DNA of 64,000 nt from positions 160,001 through 224,000 of the forward strand of contig CAXXWX010000015.1 in assembly GCA_963675745.2 (NCBI GenBank), read 5' to 3'. This DNA is from Phycisphaerae bacterium. GTDB taxonomy: Bacteria > Planctomycetota > Phycisphaerae > UBA1845 > Fen-1342. How positions within the stretch are numbered: position 1 is the stretch's first letter; the number at the start of each line of letters is the position of its first letter. The notes beneath the pieces were generated by a model. The model did not search any database, was not told the DNA's origin, and saw nothing but the letters and a program-made list of their open reading frames with translations. Of the stretch, positions 1 to 9,648 are shown piece by piece. Position numbers and translations under genes: made by a program.

Positions 1-2
1 TC

Positions 3-500
3 AGCATCGCCAAGCGCCACGCCTCGCCGCAACTCGAGTTCTTTGAGATAGTCAGCGACGGGAACATCTCGCTGATGCGCGCGGTGGAGAAGTTCGACTA
101 TTCACGCGGGTTCAAGTTCAGCACGTACGCGTCGTGGGCGATCATGAAGAACTACGCCCGCACCATGCCGAACCACCGCAAGCACTCCGATCGCTACCAG
201 ACGGGGCGCGAGGAGCTGCTGGAGATCGTCGCCAGTCCGGATCTGGACGATGTCGAGGATGACCGCATTCCCGCACTGCGCGCCACGGTGGAAGACATGC
301 TCAGCACGCTCGACGAGCGCGAGCGGAAGATCCTGCGGCAACGTTTCGGCCTGGATGGCGACGAGGGGCCGCAAACCCTCGAGCAGATCGGCAAGCGCTT
401 CGGCGTATCAAAGGAACGCATCAGGCAGTTGGAAGCACGGGCAATGAGCAAGCTGCGCGGCGATTTCCAACAAGCCATCAGCAAGCTGCTGGCGGGGTAA
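3..500 (+). CDS. Sigma-70 family RNA polymerase sigma factor (5'-truncated at window edge)
   Basis: Frame open from base 3 (SIAKRH...SDGNISLMRAVEKFDYSRGFKFSTYASWAI = region 2); region 4 HTH TLEQIGKRFGVSKERIRQLEARAMSKLR. Confidence 0.93.
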   Translation, partial: SIAKRHASPQLEFFEIVSDGNISLMRAVEKFDYSRGFKFSTYASWAIMKNYARTMPNHRKHSDRYQTGREELLEIVASPDLDDVEDDRIPALRATVEDMLSTLDERERKILRQRFGLDGDEGPQTLEQIGKRFGVSKERIRQLEARAMSKLRGDFQQAISKLLAG

Positions 501-919
501 CATCGCAAGCCACTGATGAGGGGGTGGCGGCTCGGCACGTGAGCCAAGGCGCGCCCGCGCCGTTCAGCCCATTGAATCCCCTTATGCCGTTGCACCCTTG
601 GAGAAGCCCGAACGTGGGCGAGAGTGAGCGCAAGCATCGCACGCACCGTTGATGGTCCGAATGGGGAATGCCCGCTGAGTTTTCTTGTGCTACGAGTCTT
701 TCACGCGCGAACGGGCTCAAAGGGGTTAGAATGCGGGTGTGCCTTGGCGATCACGTACGCGCCGAGCATCTAAACGCGTTGTTCGCGCCCTGGCCACTGC
801 CAGTTACGTGGCTACAACCGAACTGGAAGCGTCCGTGCGACGTTCCCAGTATGTGACAGGCCTGGTAAGGCCGCATCCGGCGTAGAAAAACGCACTCGCA
901 CGGGACGGACTAGCCAGCA

Positions 920-2179
920 ATGACTGGTGAGCAAGAAACACAGCCCGTCGGAAAACAGAGTACGTCAGGTCACGTCTACCTCTCGACAACCGGATTCTAT
1001 CTGCTTGCCGCGGCCATTCACTTCGTTCTCATCGCAGTCTCGCAAATGCCGGGAGTCCACGTCGCGTTTCTCCGGTTGGGGTGGAGACTCGGGCCGTGGC
1101 GTTCATTTCCGTTCCCGTATGACTTTTCCAACGACGTCTCACAACCGTTCTTCCCAGAGTCAATGGCGGTTGCTGCACTTGTCGTGACGATGGTGTTGGG
1201 CCTGGCCTGTGTCGTGGCTGCTTTGCATAGCCTGACGTTCGCCGTCGTCGTTGGCACCCACGCCTGGTTCGGCTGGCCGGAGTACTGGAAGGATGTGCGG
1301 TCTCGGATCAGTCTTGGGGCAATCTGGGCCACGAGTGCACGACGCGGGTGGTGGGCGTGGCCAGTCGGCCAGTTCGTGTGGCTGTTGCTGGACCAAATCG
1401 GCTGGGGCTATCGTTACGCTTGTTACCCCATCATCAACAATGGCCCGCCGCAGCATGCTGCGAACATTGTCGCCGTCGGTCTTGTGTTCGGCGCGGTGGC
1501 CGCGCGTGTACTTAGAAGTTCTGTCCGGAAGGCGGTTGGGCCTGACGACCTCCGATGCGGCCGATGCGGTTATCTCCTGCGGGGCCTTGAGACTCCGCGT
1601 TGCCCAGAATGCGGATACGAGAGCAACTGTGCCGGCAAGCCAGAATACAGACTCCGCTGGCAGCCGCTCGGCAGATCGCGAGCGATTCGCAATCTCGTTT
1701 CGGCCGTGTTCGTTGCGGCGTTGCTGCTTGCTCCCGTCTGGCTGCCCCTTGGGCTCATGCGGCTGCCGCGAAATTGGCTGCGATATGTTCCCGCGGCGAT
1801 TTGTCCGCCCTGGCAGGTCCTCAACCACAACCCGAACATGTACCCCATTTCCTTGGATGCTGTTTGCTTTATTCGGCACAATGGATCAATCGCACTGATC
1901 AGGTTTGAACGGGAGACACACTTCCGCGCGGCATATACGGTGTCCTATTGGTCCAGCGATGGTGGTTTTCGGCGGCATGACCCACCCGACTCCACGCGCA
2001 TGGGGTACGTAGATGACCTTTGTGGCCCCAGAATGAGGGTCGGACCGTGGACCTTCGGTTGTGGCGCGGGAGGGAGAACGATGTTCTGGTTAATGCTGCC
2101 TGACGAGACATTCCAGGTCGAGGTCTTCACACTCGATGGTTTGCCAAGTGAACTGCGATGGGCCGTCGAAGTGCCATGA
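920..2179 (+). CDS. Hypothetical multi-pass membrane protein with internal zinc ribbon
   Basis: Several hydrophobic segments; CGRCGYLLRGLETPRCPECG motif. Confidence 0.75.
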   Translation: MTGEQETQPVGKQSTSGHVYLSTTGFYLLAAAIHFVLIAVSQMPGVHVAFLRLGWRLGPWRSFPFPYDFSNDVSQPFFPESMAVAALVVTMVLGLACVVAALHSLTFAVVVGTHAWFGWPEYWKDVRSRISLGAIWATSARRGWWAWPVGQFVWLLLDQIGWGYRYACYPIINNGPPQHAANIVAVGLVFGAVAARVLRSSVRKAVGPDDLRCGRCGYLLRGLETPRCPECGYESNCAGKPEYRLRWQPLGRSRAIRNLVSAVFVAALLLAPVWLPLGLMRLPRNWLRYVPAAICPPWQVLNHNPNMYPISLDAVCFIRHNGSIALIRFERETHFRAAYTVSYWSSDGGFRRHDPPDSTRMGYVDDLCGPRMRVGPWTFGCGAGGRTMFWLMLPDETFQVEVFTLDGLPSELRWAVEVP

Positions 2180-2439
2180 CACCGGGCCAGCGTCGGACCG
2201 TACGACTGACCCTCCATTGACGCCAAGCCCAGCACCAACGCACTTTCTCGCCCAGGACCTAACCCGCGGCGAGAGTCTCGGGAGCGCGGCGGCCACTGGG
2301 GCGTGACGCCTCTTGCGGGTGGACGATATGTGAGTTGACGCGTCGGGCCAACTGTTCGATTTTAGGGGGCTTCCAACGGCGTGGCGCGAAGCCGGCTGAC
2401 GCCCGGCTCTGAAAGACGGTGTGGGGGCTGCAAACGGCA

Positions 2440-2485
2440 CCACCAGTTGAAACTGGTGGCAAGGACCGGTCGGCTGAAGCCGACC
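2440..2485. repeat. Two adjacent REP-like hairpins with TGAA loops
   Basis: CCACCAGT-TGAA-ACTGGTGG (2440-2459) and GGTCGGC-TGAA-GCCGACC (2468-2485). Confidence 0.5.
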
Positions 2486-2685
2486 AACGCCGGCTCCCAT
2501 CGACACACTCGGCGCTGTTCGAGTATGGAATGCACTCCAAGGGGCTCGGCCTCAATGTTTCCCGCCGGCGGTGTCACGCACCCACCGCCGCGCGTCGACG
2601 CCGATTTGCGTTGACAACTTCGGGGTCGCGGGATATCAGTGGCCGCGTGGGGTTGGTGGATATGGGCTTTAGCGGAGGACTCGCG

Positions 2686-3777
2686 ATGAAACGGATGCTG
2701 CTGGCGGCTGTCGTTCTGTCTTTCCTGGTGCCTGTCACGGCCAGCGCTCAGCTCGGCAGGCTCCAACACGAAGCCAAGAAGGCCTTGAAGGAGTCGATCA
2801 AGGGCGACAATGACAAAGACAGCGGCGATCAGGCGACGACCGAAGATGCCGGCAAGAAGCCAGGTGAACCCGGAGCAACAAGCTCCCGGCCACCCGCACG
2901 CAAAGACAAAGACCGCAAATACGCCCCCGGGCTTTCGTACTCGTCGGTTCTGAATGGTGTGATTGTCTTCCCCAAGGACGGCCGGTTCCGGCTGCATCAG
3001 ATCCAGGCGACGTTTATTCCGGAAGGATGCAAAGGTGGATTTGCGGTCCTGCGCACCGCCGACGGCAAAGAGCTGTACCAGATGGACTGGACGCCGGACC
3101 ATCTCCAGAAGCCCTACACGTTGTTGAATTTCACCAAACAGACCGATCTGCGCAACGGCGAGACCGTACCCAGCGGGTGGTTTGACCACACCGACCCGGG
3201 GGACTACGTGGTGGACTTCTACCTCCCGGACGAGCACGTCTACTCGTTCCCCTTCAGCGTGGCCGTAATCGGCGGCGATGACCCGTTTGCCGAAGGCAAG
3301 TGCTACGTATCCAGCGGCGACTGGCGCGACTGGGGCTATCTCTACTATCGCGAGGCCGACGCCGATCAGAATCTCCAGTGGAAGGCCTGGCTGCGAAACG
3401 ACGCCTGCAAAGAGCAGGACATCAAGGTGCGTGTCGAGATCAAGCGTGACGAGGACGGCGAGCTGGTCTGCACGAATCGCGTGAACACGACGTACTCGGT
3501 TCAGCCCAAGTGGACGCGGTTGGAATTCGACATGGTCTTCCCCGAGGGCAAGGAGGTACCCCACGGCACCTATTTCAAGGCCAAACATCTGCTGGCCAAG
3601 GACGGTGCCCACACGCTGACCATGACGATTGACGACAAGCCGTACGGCACGTGGAAGTTCACCATCAAGGACGGGAAGCTCCAATACGCCGGCCGCACGC
3701 TGCGAGCCGAGGCCGACCCGCTGACCTTCATCGAGGGTGGCCGCGACGCCTGGTGGTACGAACGCGTGAAGGAATAG
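2686..3777 (+). CDS. Secreted hypothetical protein
   Basis: GGAGGA RBS before ATG 2686; signal peptide MKRMLLAAVVLSFLVPVTASA; strong coding bias. Confidence 0.85.
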   Translation: MKRMLLAAVVLSFLVPVTASAQLGRLQHEAKKALKESIKGDNDKDSGDQATTEDAGKKPGEPGATSSRPPARKDKDRKYAPGLSYSSVLNGVIVFPKDGRFRLHQIQATFIPEGCKGGFAVLRTADGKELYQMDWTPDHLQKPYTLLNFTKQTDLRNGETVPSGWFDHTDPGDYVVDFYLPDEHVYSFPFSVAVIGGDDPFAEGKCYVSSGDWRDWGYLYYREADADQNLQWKAWLRNDACKEQDIKVRVEIKRDEDGELVCTNRVNTTYSVQPKWTRLEFDMVFPEGKEVPHGTYFKAKHLLAKDGAHTLTMTIDDKPYGTWKFTIKDGKLQYAGRTLRAEADPLTFIEGGRDAWWYERVKE

Positions 3778-3839
3778 GTTCGCCGGGTGGAGGCTGTTCT
3801 CGGGCGGCCTGCTCGCGATCCCGTAGGAGCGATGCGATC

Positions 3840-3870
3840 CCCGCCGCTCGTAGTCAAAGCGGTGGGCTAC
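3840..3870. terminator. Hairpin between convergent genes (REP-like, GTAG-flanked on minus strand)
   Basis: CCCGCCGCT...AGCGGTGGG followed by CTAC. Confidence 0.4.
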
Positions 3871-3877
3871 GGCCAGG

Positions 3878-6292
3878 CTACTCGGGTTGATCTTCCCCCA
3901 CAGTCACAGTCTTGGTGATCGTGGCGGCGAGGTAGGCATCCACCTCAGCCGCCGCCTTGGCCACCGTGCGTGATGATCGAAACGTGATCGTCACCGGATC
4001 GGTGAACAGGGGCCGGCCATCGGTCCCGAGTTTCACTCCTTCGGTCAACGGGAGCCTGAACGTATGTGTCTGGCGTCCGGACGGCGTGCGGCGTTGCACG
4101 TGGTAGCCACCACTGAATGTAGCCGGTTCTCCCTGCGGCGTAGCCACCAATCGGCCGTCCGCCAAAAGCTGGCCATCTGAGTCGTGGAGTTCGAGAGCGA
4201 ACGCCAGGTAACTGAACTGCCGGTCTAACTGCATTTCCAGCCACCAGGCGCGTCCTGCATCCGTGTCGGCACGTTCTCCATCCAACGCACCCCAGCGCAG
4301 GCCAAGAACGTGGATCCGGTCGACGGTCGCGGCAGCCAACTCCTCATCTTCGATTTCGATCGGGATCTCAGTGACTGCGTCGGAGACCGTAAACTCAAGC
4401 GCCGGGATCGGCAGCGTACACTCCGCAAACGTCGGCAACCCCCGCAACCACTCTCTGAACGTCTGATCAGAAGCCCGGGCATCGGCGTACTCCTCGCGCG
4501 CAGGTGCGTCTGCAAAACGGATCTGCACGTTCCCCGTCAAGCGGTGCAGGCCCTTCTCGTTGAGCGCGTTGTCACTTTGGATGCTCCAGCTATACGCCGA
4601 GTTTCTGTCAGACGGCAGGAATACCGATTGGCGATCGAGCACCATATCGTCATCCAGTGTCGCACTGACAGCGACGACCATGGCAACTCCAGGTAACGTA
4701 AGGCCACGTCGCGGCAGAATGCTCACGCCCAGCGCAGGGTCCACACCCTGTTTGGTTAGACGGCGCCCGGCTACTCCGACTGTAATCAAGAGACGCGCGA
4801 TGTCGTTGACCTCGTCGGCGCTCAGACGCCCCTTGCGCATGCGCTCCGCCAGACTCTCGAGCAGGCGTTCCGCGGCCTCATGCTCGGGGCCACTGAGCCC
4901 CCGCTCGCCCCCCAGAGCAACAAGGGTCCGCGTGAGTTGTTCCCGGTCCTCCAGATGGGCCGCGCGCTCGTCAAGAAGCTGCTGCTGCGCCGCCAGCCGC
5001 GCCTCGCGCTCGGCCCCAACGCGATACGAGTAGGCACTCGCGGCCACAAGCACAACGAGGATGAAGGCTGCGACCGTCCCGAGCTTAAACCGCTGTCGGT
5101 GTATCGCCTTCTTCAGGACATACCAGCCGCTGTCGCGCTTGGCCTGGATTGGTTCGCCGGCCAGGTAGTGCCGGATGTCGCCGGCCAGTTCGCTGGCGCT
5201 TTGATAGCGGCGTGAACGCTCCTTCGACAGCAGTCGCAGGATAATCGTCTGGACTTCGTCATCGATCGGGCATCTGCCGGCACGTACTCGACGCGTGCCG
5301 CGGGCGGCAACGCCCCCGCCGACGGTCCAACTTCGCGTCGGTGGCGTTGGCGGCGTGTCCGTTATGTGATGCAGCACCTCGGCCAGTTGCCCGGTGACCG
5401 GATAGGGGAAACAGCCCGTCAGCAACTCGTACAGCACCACACCCAGCGAGTACAGATCCGTGCGCGTGTCAAGCTCGTCCGGATTGCCCCGCGCCTGTTC
5501 CGGCGACATGTACGCCGGCGTACCCATCACCTGACCGGTGATCGACATCAACGATGCATCGCCGCCCGCCAACGTCTTCGCCAAACCGAAGTCCAGCACG
5601 CGCGGCTGGCCTTCCGTATCCACCAGGATGTTCGACGGTTTCAGATCGCGATGGATCACGCCACGCTGATGGGCATAGTTAACCGCTTCGCAGATCGTGG
5701 CGAACAAGCGCAGTACCTGCTCCAGCGTGAGCTTCTGATCGCGCACGTACTCGTTGAGCGGCCGGTTGCGCACGTAGTCCATTACAAAGTACGGCCGACC
5801 GTCATGCGTCTCGCCGGAATGAAAGATCGCGATGATGTTCGGGTGTCGCAAGTTGGCGGCGAGCCCGATCTCACGCTCGAACCGCTTGCGATCTGACGCC
5901 GAGGCGTATTGACCGTGCAGCAGGAGCTTGATCGCGACTTTGCGTTTCGTGGCGGTCTCGATGGCCTGGTAGACCACGCCCTGTCCGCCGCGATGAAGCT
6001 CGCGCACCACCTTGTACCCGTCGATTTCGGGAATGTGCGCGTGGCTGTCCTCATGCGTGGGGCGCGCCGCTGCCGGCGACTTGACCGTGTCCGCGGAATC
6101 ATCGAGCCGCACGACCGGTCTTAGCTCGCGGACTCGTTTGGCCAAGTCGCCGTACTCGCCCAGCAGCTCCGCATCACGTTTGGCACATTCGTCGCATGAG
6201 GCCAGGTGCCCGCGCACCTCCAGGGCGCGTGCCTGGTCCAATTCGCCCGCGTGATAGCGTTCGAGCTCAGATTCATCCGGACAGGTGGTCAT
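3878..6292 (-). CDS. Ser/Thr protein kinase with N-terminal zinc-finger anti-sigma-like (ZAS) domain and one TM helix
   Basis: HLASCDEC (HxxxCxxC); RGGQGVVY, VAIK, HRDLKPSN, DFGLAK, GTPAYMSPEQ; TM LGTVAAFILVVLVAA. Confidence 0.93.
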   Translation of the reverse strand: MTTCPDESELERYHAGELDQARALEVRGHLASCDECAKRDAELLGEYGDLAKRVRELRPVVRLDDSADTVKSPAAARPTHEDSHAHIPEIDGYKVVRELHRGGQGVVYQAIETATKRKVAIKLLLHGQYASASDRKRFEREIGLAANLRHPNIIAIFHSGETHDGRPYFVMDYVRNRPLNEYVRDQKLTLEQVLRLFATICEAVNYAHQRGVIHRDLKPSNILVDTEGQPRVLDFGLAKTLAGGDASLMSITGQVMGTPAYMSPEQARGNPDELDTRTDLYSLGVVLYELLTGCFPYPVTGQLAEVLHHITDTPPTPPTRSWTVGGGVAARGTRRVRAGRCPIDDEVQTIILRLLSKERSRRYQSASELAGDIRHYLAGEPIQAKRDSGWYVLKKAIHRQRFKLGTVAAFILVVLVAASAYSYRVGAEREARLAAQQQLLDERAAHLEDREQLTRTLVALGGERGLSGPEHEAAERLLESLAERMRKGRLSADEVNDIARLLITVGVAGRRLTKQGVDPALGVSILPRRGLTLPGVAMVVAVSATLDDDMVLDRQSVFLPSDRNSAYSWSIQSDNALNEKGLHRLTGNVQIRFADAPAREEYADARASDQTFREWLRGLPTFAECTLPIPALEFTVSDAVTEIPIEIEDEELAAATVDRIHVLGLRWGALDGERADTDAGRAWWLEMQLDRQFSYLAFALELHDSDGQLLADGRLVATPQGEPATFSGGYHVQRRTPSGRQTHTFRLPLTEGVKLGTDGRPLFTDPVTITFRSSRTVAKAAAEVDAYLAATITKTVTVGEDQPE

Positions 6293-6556
6293 TTCCACGG
6301 CCCGCTACCACCGAGATGCGTTGGCATCCGCCCGCCGGCGCCATGTGCAATGTGCCATGCAAGACCATGAACATACCGGAAGCGGCATCAAGTGCGTATA
6401 GCGTACATCGCGATGGCCTGCGCGATCAACAACCCGTCGCCATGGCGACCGCCTCGCCAGCGGCATGCGTTACCGCTACAATGCCGCTCACGAACGTTCC
6501 TGATCAGTCGCACCGCAGCTTGAGCGGTGCCGGCCCCTGACATACGGAGACCATCC

Positions 6557-6742
6557 ATGAAACCGTCGTTCTGGCAGCGTCATATCGTCAAGCTGTGGCT
6601 TGTGAGCGGCACTCTGATCGCATTTCAGGGCTGCGGGTTGAGTGATCGCGAACTGGCCGGCATCTGGCAATCAGCGCTCACGACCGGCCTCAGCTCTCTG
6701 ATGCAGGCACTGGTCAGCGCTGCCGTCCCAGCCACGGCATGA
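6557..6742 (+). CDS. Small putative lipoprotein/membrane peptide (61 aa)
   Basis: GGAGA RBS; MKPSFWQRHIVKLWLVSGTLIAFQGC then amphipathic helix; 25 bp upstream of next gene. Confidence 0.6.
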   Translation: MKPSFWQRHIVKLWLVSGTLIAFQGCGLSDRELAGIWQSALTTGLSSLMQALVSAAVPATA

Positions 6743-6767
6743 GAGAATCTCGCGTCGGTCTGTTTGA

Positions 6768-7856
6768 GTGGTCCGTCGCAGCCATGGAGGGCCAACGGTG
6801 GTAGTGTGCGCACGCCTGCTGTGTTTGATCCCGCTTGCGGCCATCCTGGTCGGCTGTGGTGGTCGGGGGGCGCTCATCGAGCGCAAGCCGGAGTGGAACT
6901 ACGAACCATACGAGCGTCTGGCCGTGCTTCCGGTCAAGCTCCCGAGCGGCGCGCCCGCATCGGCAGCGCGACACGCCGACCAGATGACGACGCTGTTGTC
7001 CGACCTGCTCACGCAAAACGGAGCCTTCACGATCATCAGCCGCCAGGAGCTCGCGGACGTCATGCGCGAGCAGGATCTGGCGAGCCTGGATCTGGCCGAT
7101 GCGTCGACTTCGGTGCCTTCGGGGATGATCCAGGTGGCCCAGGCACTGGTGATCGCGTCGATTCAGGATTACGACCTGGCCCGCTTGCGCGAGCAACGTG
7201 CGGTGCCAGTGTACCGACGCGACCGCCGGGGACGACTCGTGCTGCGCAACGGCATGCCGGTGAAGATCGGCGAGCGCCGCGTCAATGTCTTCAGACACGT
7301 CGCGCGCGTCGGCGGTAATGTGCGCGTGGTCGATACGGCGACCGGCGAGGTGCTCTTTGCGCACGCCACCGAGCCGATCCAGTTCGAGAAGACCCAGGAG
7401 AAAGTACCGCCCAGCCTCACGCCGGAAGATCTGGCGGGTGAAGCCGCCGCTGAATTGGCGGCGGATTTTTACACACACCTGGCCCCAATGCGCGTCAAGG
7501 TTGAATTCGACGATAAGAACATCGCGCTGGCCACGGGCTACTACGACGGCGAGTATGACACGATCAAGAAGTTGCCGGCTTCTGCTGATGAGCTGCTGGT
7601 AGTCGTCCGTAACCTCCCGCGCCAGTGCGACCGCAACCGGTTTAACGTCGCCATCAGCGAAAAGGACGGGCGTCGCGATCTCTTTCGCGACGAGTTTGTG
7701 TGGAGCGCCGGGATGGGGGCGCGCGGCCACGCGTTTGCGGTCCCGACCGAGTTGCTGGTCGACAGCGGCGCCAGGGAATTCACGGCCAAGCTCTACGCCC
7801 CGGGCAACGATGCACCGGTGGCCGAGCGTGATTTCGAACTCGCCGATCCGGACTGA
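6768..7856 (+). CDS. CsgG/HfaB-like lipoprotein
   Basis: Lipobox LVGC; RLAVLP...FTIISRQELADVMREQDL...VRVVDTATGEVL pattern typical of the CsgG-like fold. Confidence 0.75.
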   Translation: MVRRSHGGPTVVVCARLLCLIPLAAILVGCGGRGALIERKPEWNYEPYERLAVLPVKLPSGAPASAARHADQMTTLLSDLLTQNGAFTIISRQELADVMREQDLASLDLADASTSVPSGMIQVAQALVIASIQDYDLARLREQRAVPVYRRDRRGRLVLRNGMPVKIGERRVNVFRHVARVGGNVRVVDTATGEVLFAHATEPIQFEKTQEKVPPSLTPEDLAGEAAAELAADFYTHLAPMRVKVEFDDKNIALATGYYDGEYDTIKKLPASADELLVVVRNLPRQCDRNRFNVAISEKDGRRDLFRDEFVWSAGMGARGHAFAVPTELLVDSGAREFTAKLYAPGNDAPVAERDFELADPD

Positions 7857-7912
7857 CTGAACCGCGCTCCCGCCGGGGGATAGTCCGCCTGCGGAAATGC
7901 CGGCGCTGTCCG

Positions 7913-8710
7913 CTACTTGGCTGACGACCCGGCGACCGATGTGCCGTCGGCCTGCTGGAGGCGTTGGAGCGTCCGCCGTCGCAGCATGGTCAGCGGCCGC
8001 GCCAGTAAGCGATGCAAGCGGATCCACACGCCAATCCTGCCAACCTGCTTCCATTCGTCCTCAGTCATCCGGTCAGGTCGCAGCCGGCGTTTGTGCTTTA
8101 GTACGTGGTACCGATCCGCCCGCTGAAACCGTCGCAACAGCCATTGAACTGGCGCCAGTCGTCGCCAGCCAATTGGGGGCAGCAGCAGTGAAATCTGGAA
8201 GTCAATGAGGTAGGGACGGCCATCGTCGCCCATCAGGACATTCTGGCGTTTGTTCAGATCGACGTAGGCAATATGTCGGGAGTGTAGCGTGAGCAGCAGG
8301 TCAGCAAGCTCGTCAAAGAAGGCGTCGGAGACTTGCTCGCGCCGGCCAAGCGCGTGTCCGGGAACAAACTCGTGCAGGAAGCCGGTCTCGCCTACTCGGC
8401 CAATGAGTCGTGGGACGCCGGATAATCCCTGAACCTCCGTATAGAGGCGCACCTCGCGGTTTGTCAGGAAGCGCCCGATCCAGGTCGTGGGTAAGGTCAA
8501 ACACTCGTTGTAGCGTCCGATCTTCAGCACGGCGAGTCCCTCGGGACCGCGATAGAGCCCCGTGGCCGCGAAGAAATCGTGCTTAAAGGTCTCCACGTGC
8601 TCGAAGCGCATGCCAGCGCATTGCACGTTGGCGGGCATCTCCAGCTCCGGGAGCGCGTATAGCCAGCGATGGCACACAGATGGTCGCTTGGCGCGTGAGT
8701 GGCGAGACAT
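7913..8710 (-). CDS. Atypical (RIO/Kdo-like) kinase-fold protein
   Basis: AVLK, REVRLY, GVPRL, LHSRHIAYVDLNKRQNVL, LIDFQ; start uncertain. Confidence 0.75.
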   Translation of the reverse strand: MSRHSRAKRPSVCHRWLYALPELEMPANVQCAGMRFEHVETFKHDFFAATGLYRGPEGLAVLKIGRYNECLTLPTTWIGRFLTNREVRLYTEVQGLSGVPRLIGRVGETGFLHEFVPGHALGRREQVSDAFFDELADLLLTLHSRHIAYVDLNKRQNVLMGDDGRPYLIDFQISLLLPPIGWRRLAPVQWLLRRFQRADRYHVLKHKRRLRPDRMTEDEWKQVGRIGVWIRLHRLLARPLTMLRRRTLQRLQQADGTSVAGSSAK

Positions 8711-8728
8711 AGGAAAAATTATACCTAT
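8709..8728. promoter_or_regulatory. Candidate operator palindrome upstream of the Rrf2 gene
   Basis: ATAGG-AAAAATTATA-CCTAT in an AT-rich divergent region. Confidence 0.4.
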
Positions 8729-8874
8729 CCAACGGCAACGTAAACATTTGCGGGTGGCACAATCGGACATATACTAGCGGAAGCTGGACTGGGGGTTTTT
8801 GACGTGTCCGTGTCGCACACGTCCACTTCGCGGCCCCATGGCGATGAACTGCTGTTACTGAAAAGGGGTGTGCC

Positions 8875-9330
8875 ATGATCTTGGGAAGCAAGGCATCAAC
8901 GTACGCGATTCTGGCCGTAACTGAAATCGCGCGCCACCAGCATGAAGATGACGGTGGCTTTTGCATGCGCGCCGCAGAGATTGCCAAGCACTTTGGGTTG
9001 CCGGCCGCTTACGCCGCCAAAGTGATGACACAGCTTGTGCGGGCCGATGTGCTGCACTCGGACCGCGGACCGCGCGGGGGCTTCCGGCTCACGCGCCCGC
9101 CAGAGGAGATTTCGATTCTCGACATCGTCGAAGCTGTCGATGGTCACTTCGAGGCGGAGCACGGAGTGTTGAGCTCACCGGCAGCACGCACGGCGCTCAC
9201 CGGTGTCAACGAGGTTTTTGAAGGCGTGGTTTCTGAAGTGCGCGACCTGTTGAGCAAGAAGTCGATTGCCGATCTTGGCGGATTCACGGCCGAGCCGGCC
9301 GTCGCTGAACTCCCACAGCTATCGCACTGA
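8875..9330 (+). CDS. Rrf2 family transcriptional regulator
   Basis: STYAILAV...EIAKHFGLPAAYAAKVMTQLVRADVLHSDRGPRGGFRLTRPPEEISILDIVEAVDG. Confidence 0.92.
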   Translation: MILGSKASTYAILAVTEIARHQHEDDGGFCMRAAEIAKHFGLPAAYAAKVMTQLVRADVLHSDRGPRGGFRLTRPPEEISILDIVEAVDGHFEAEHGVLSSPAARTALTGVNEVFEGVVSEVRDLLSKKSIADLGGFTAEPAVAELPQLSH

Positions 9331-9423
9331 TCGGCGGTCCACGACCAGACCCACTGTCCACACTTTACCCACCAACCGCAACCGCTCACGATACGCGCGA
9401 TACGGCGCACGCGGCGTACGCGC

Positions 9424-9476
9424 AAAAAAAGGCGTGCGGCACCCTGTGGGTATTGGCGCGGTCTGAGGGTGCCGCA
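9424..9476 (-). terminator. Putative intrinsic terminator
   Basis: 11-bp stem TGCGGCACCCT/AGGGTGCCGCA with A7 run (U-tail on minus strand). Confidence 0.55.
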
Positions 9477-9648
9477 GCGAGTGGAAGCAAGTCTTTATTA
9501 TACAGGTACTTACGAGAAGCAGAGCTGGGTTTGCCCACTAACTCATATTACCCACCTCGTAGTATAACAGCGGCCGTGGAAGATTCAACCACGATATCCA
9601 GCATTAGTCGCTTTCACATCAAAATCCCGACGGGGTGATAACTCGGGA

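Noticed and set aside
511..560. CTGATGAG resembling a hammerhead ribozyme core
   Set aside because: No stem II followed by GAAA and no matching cleavage-site helix
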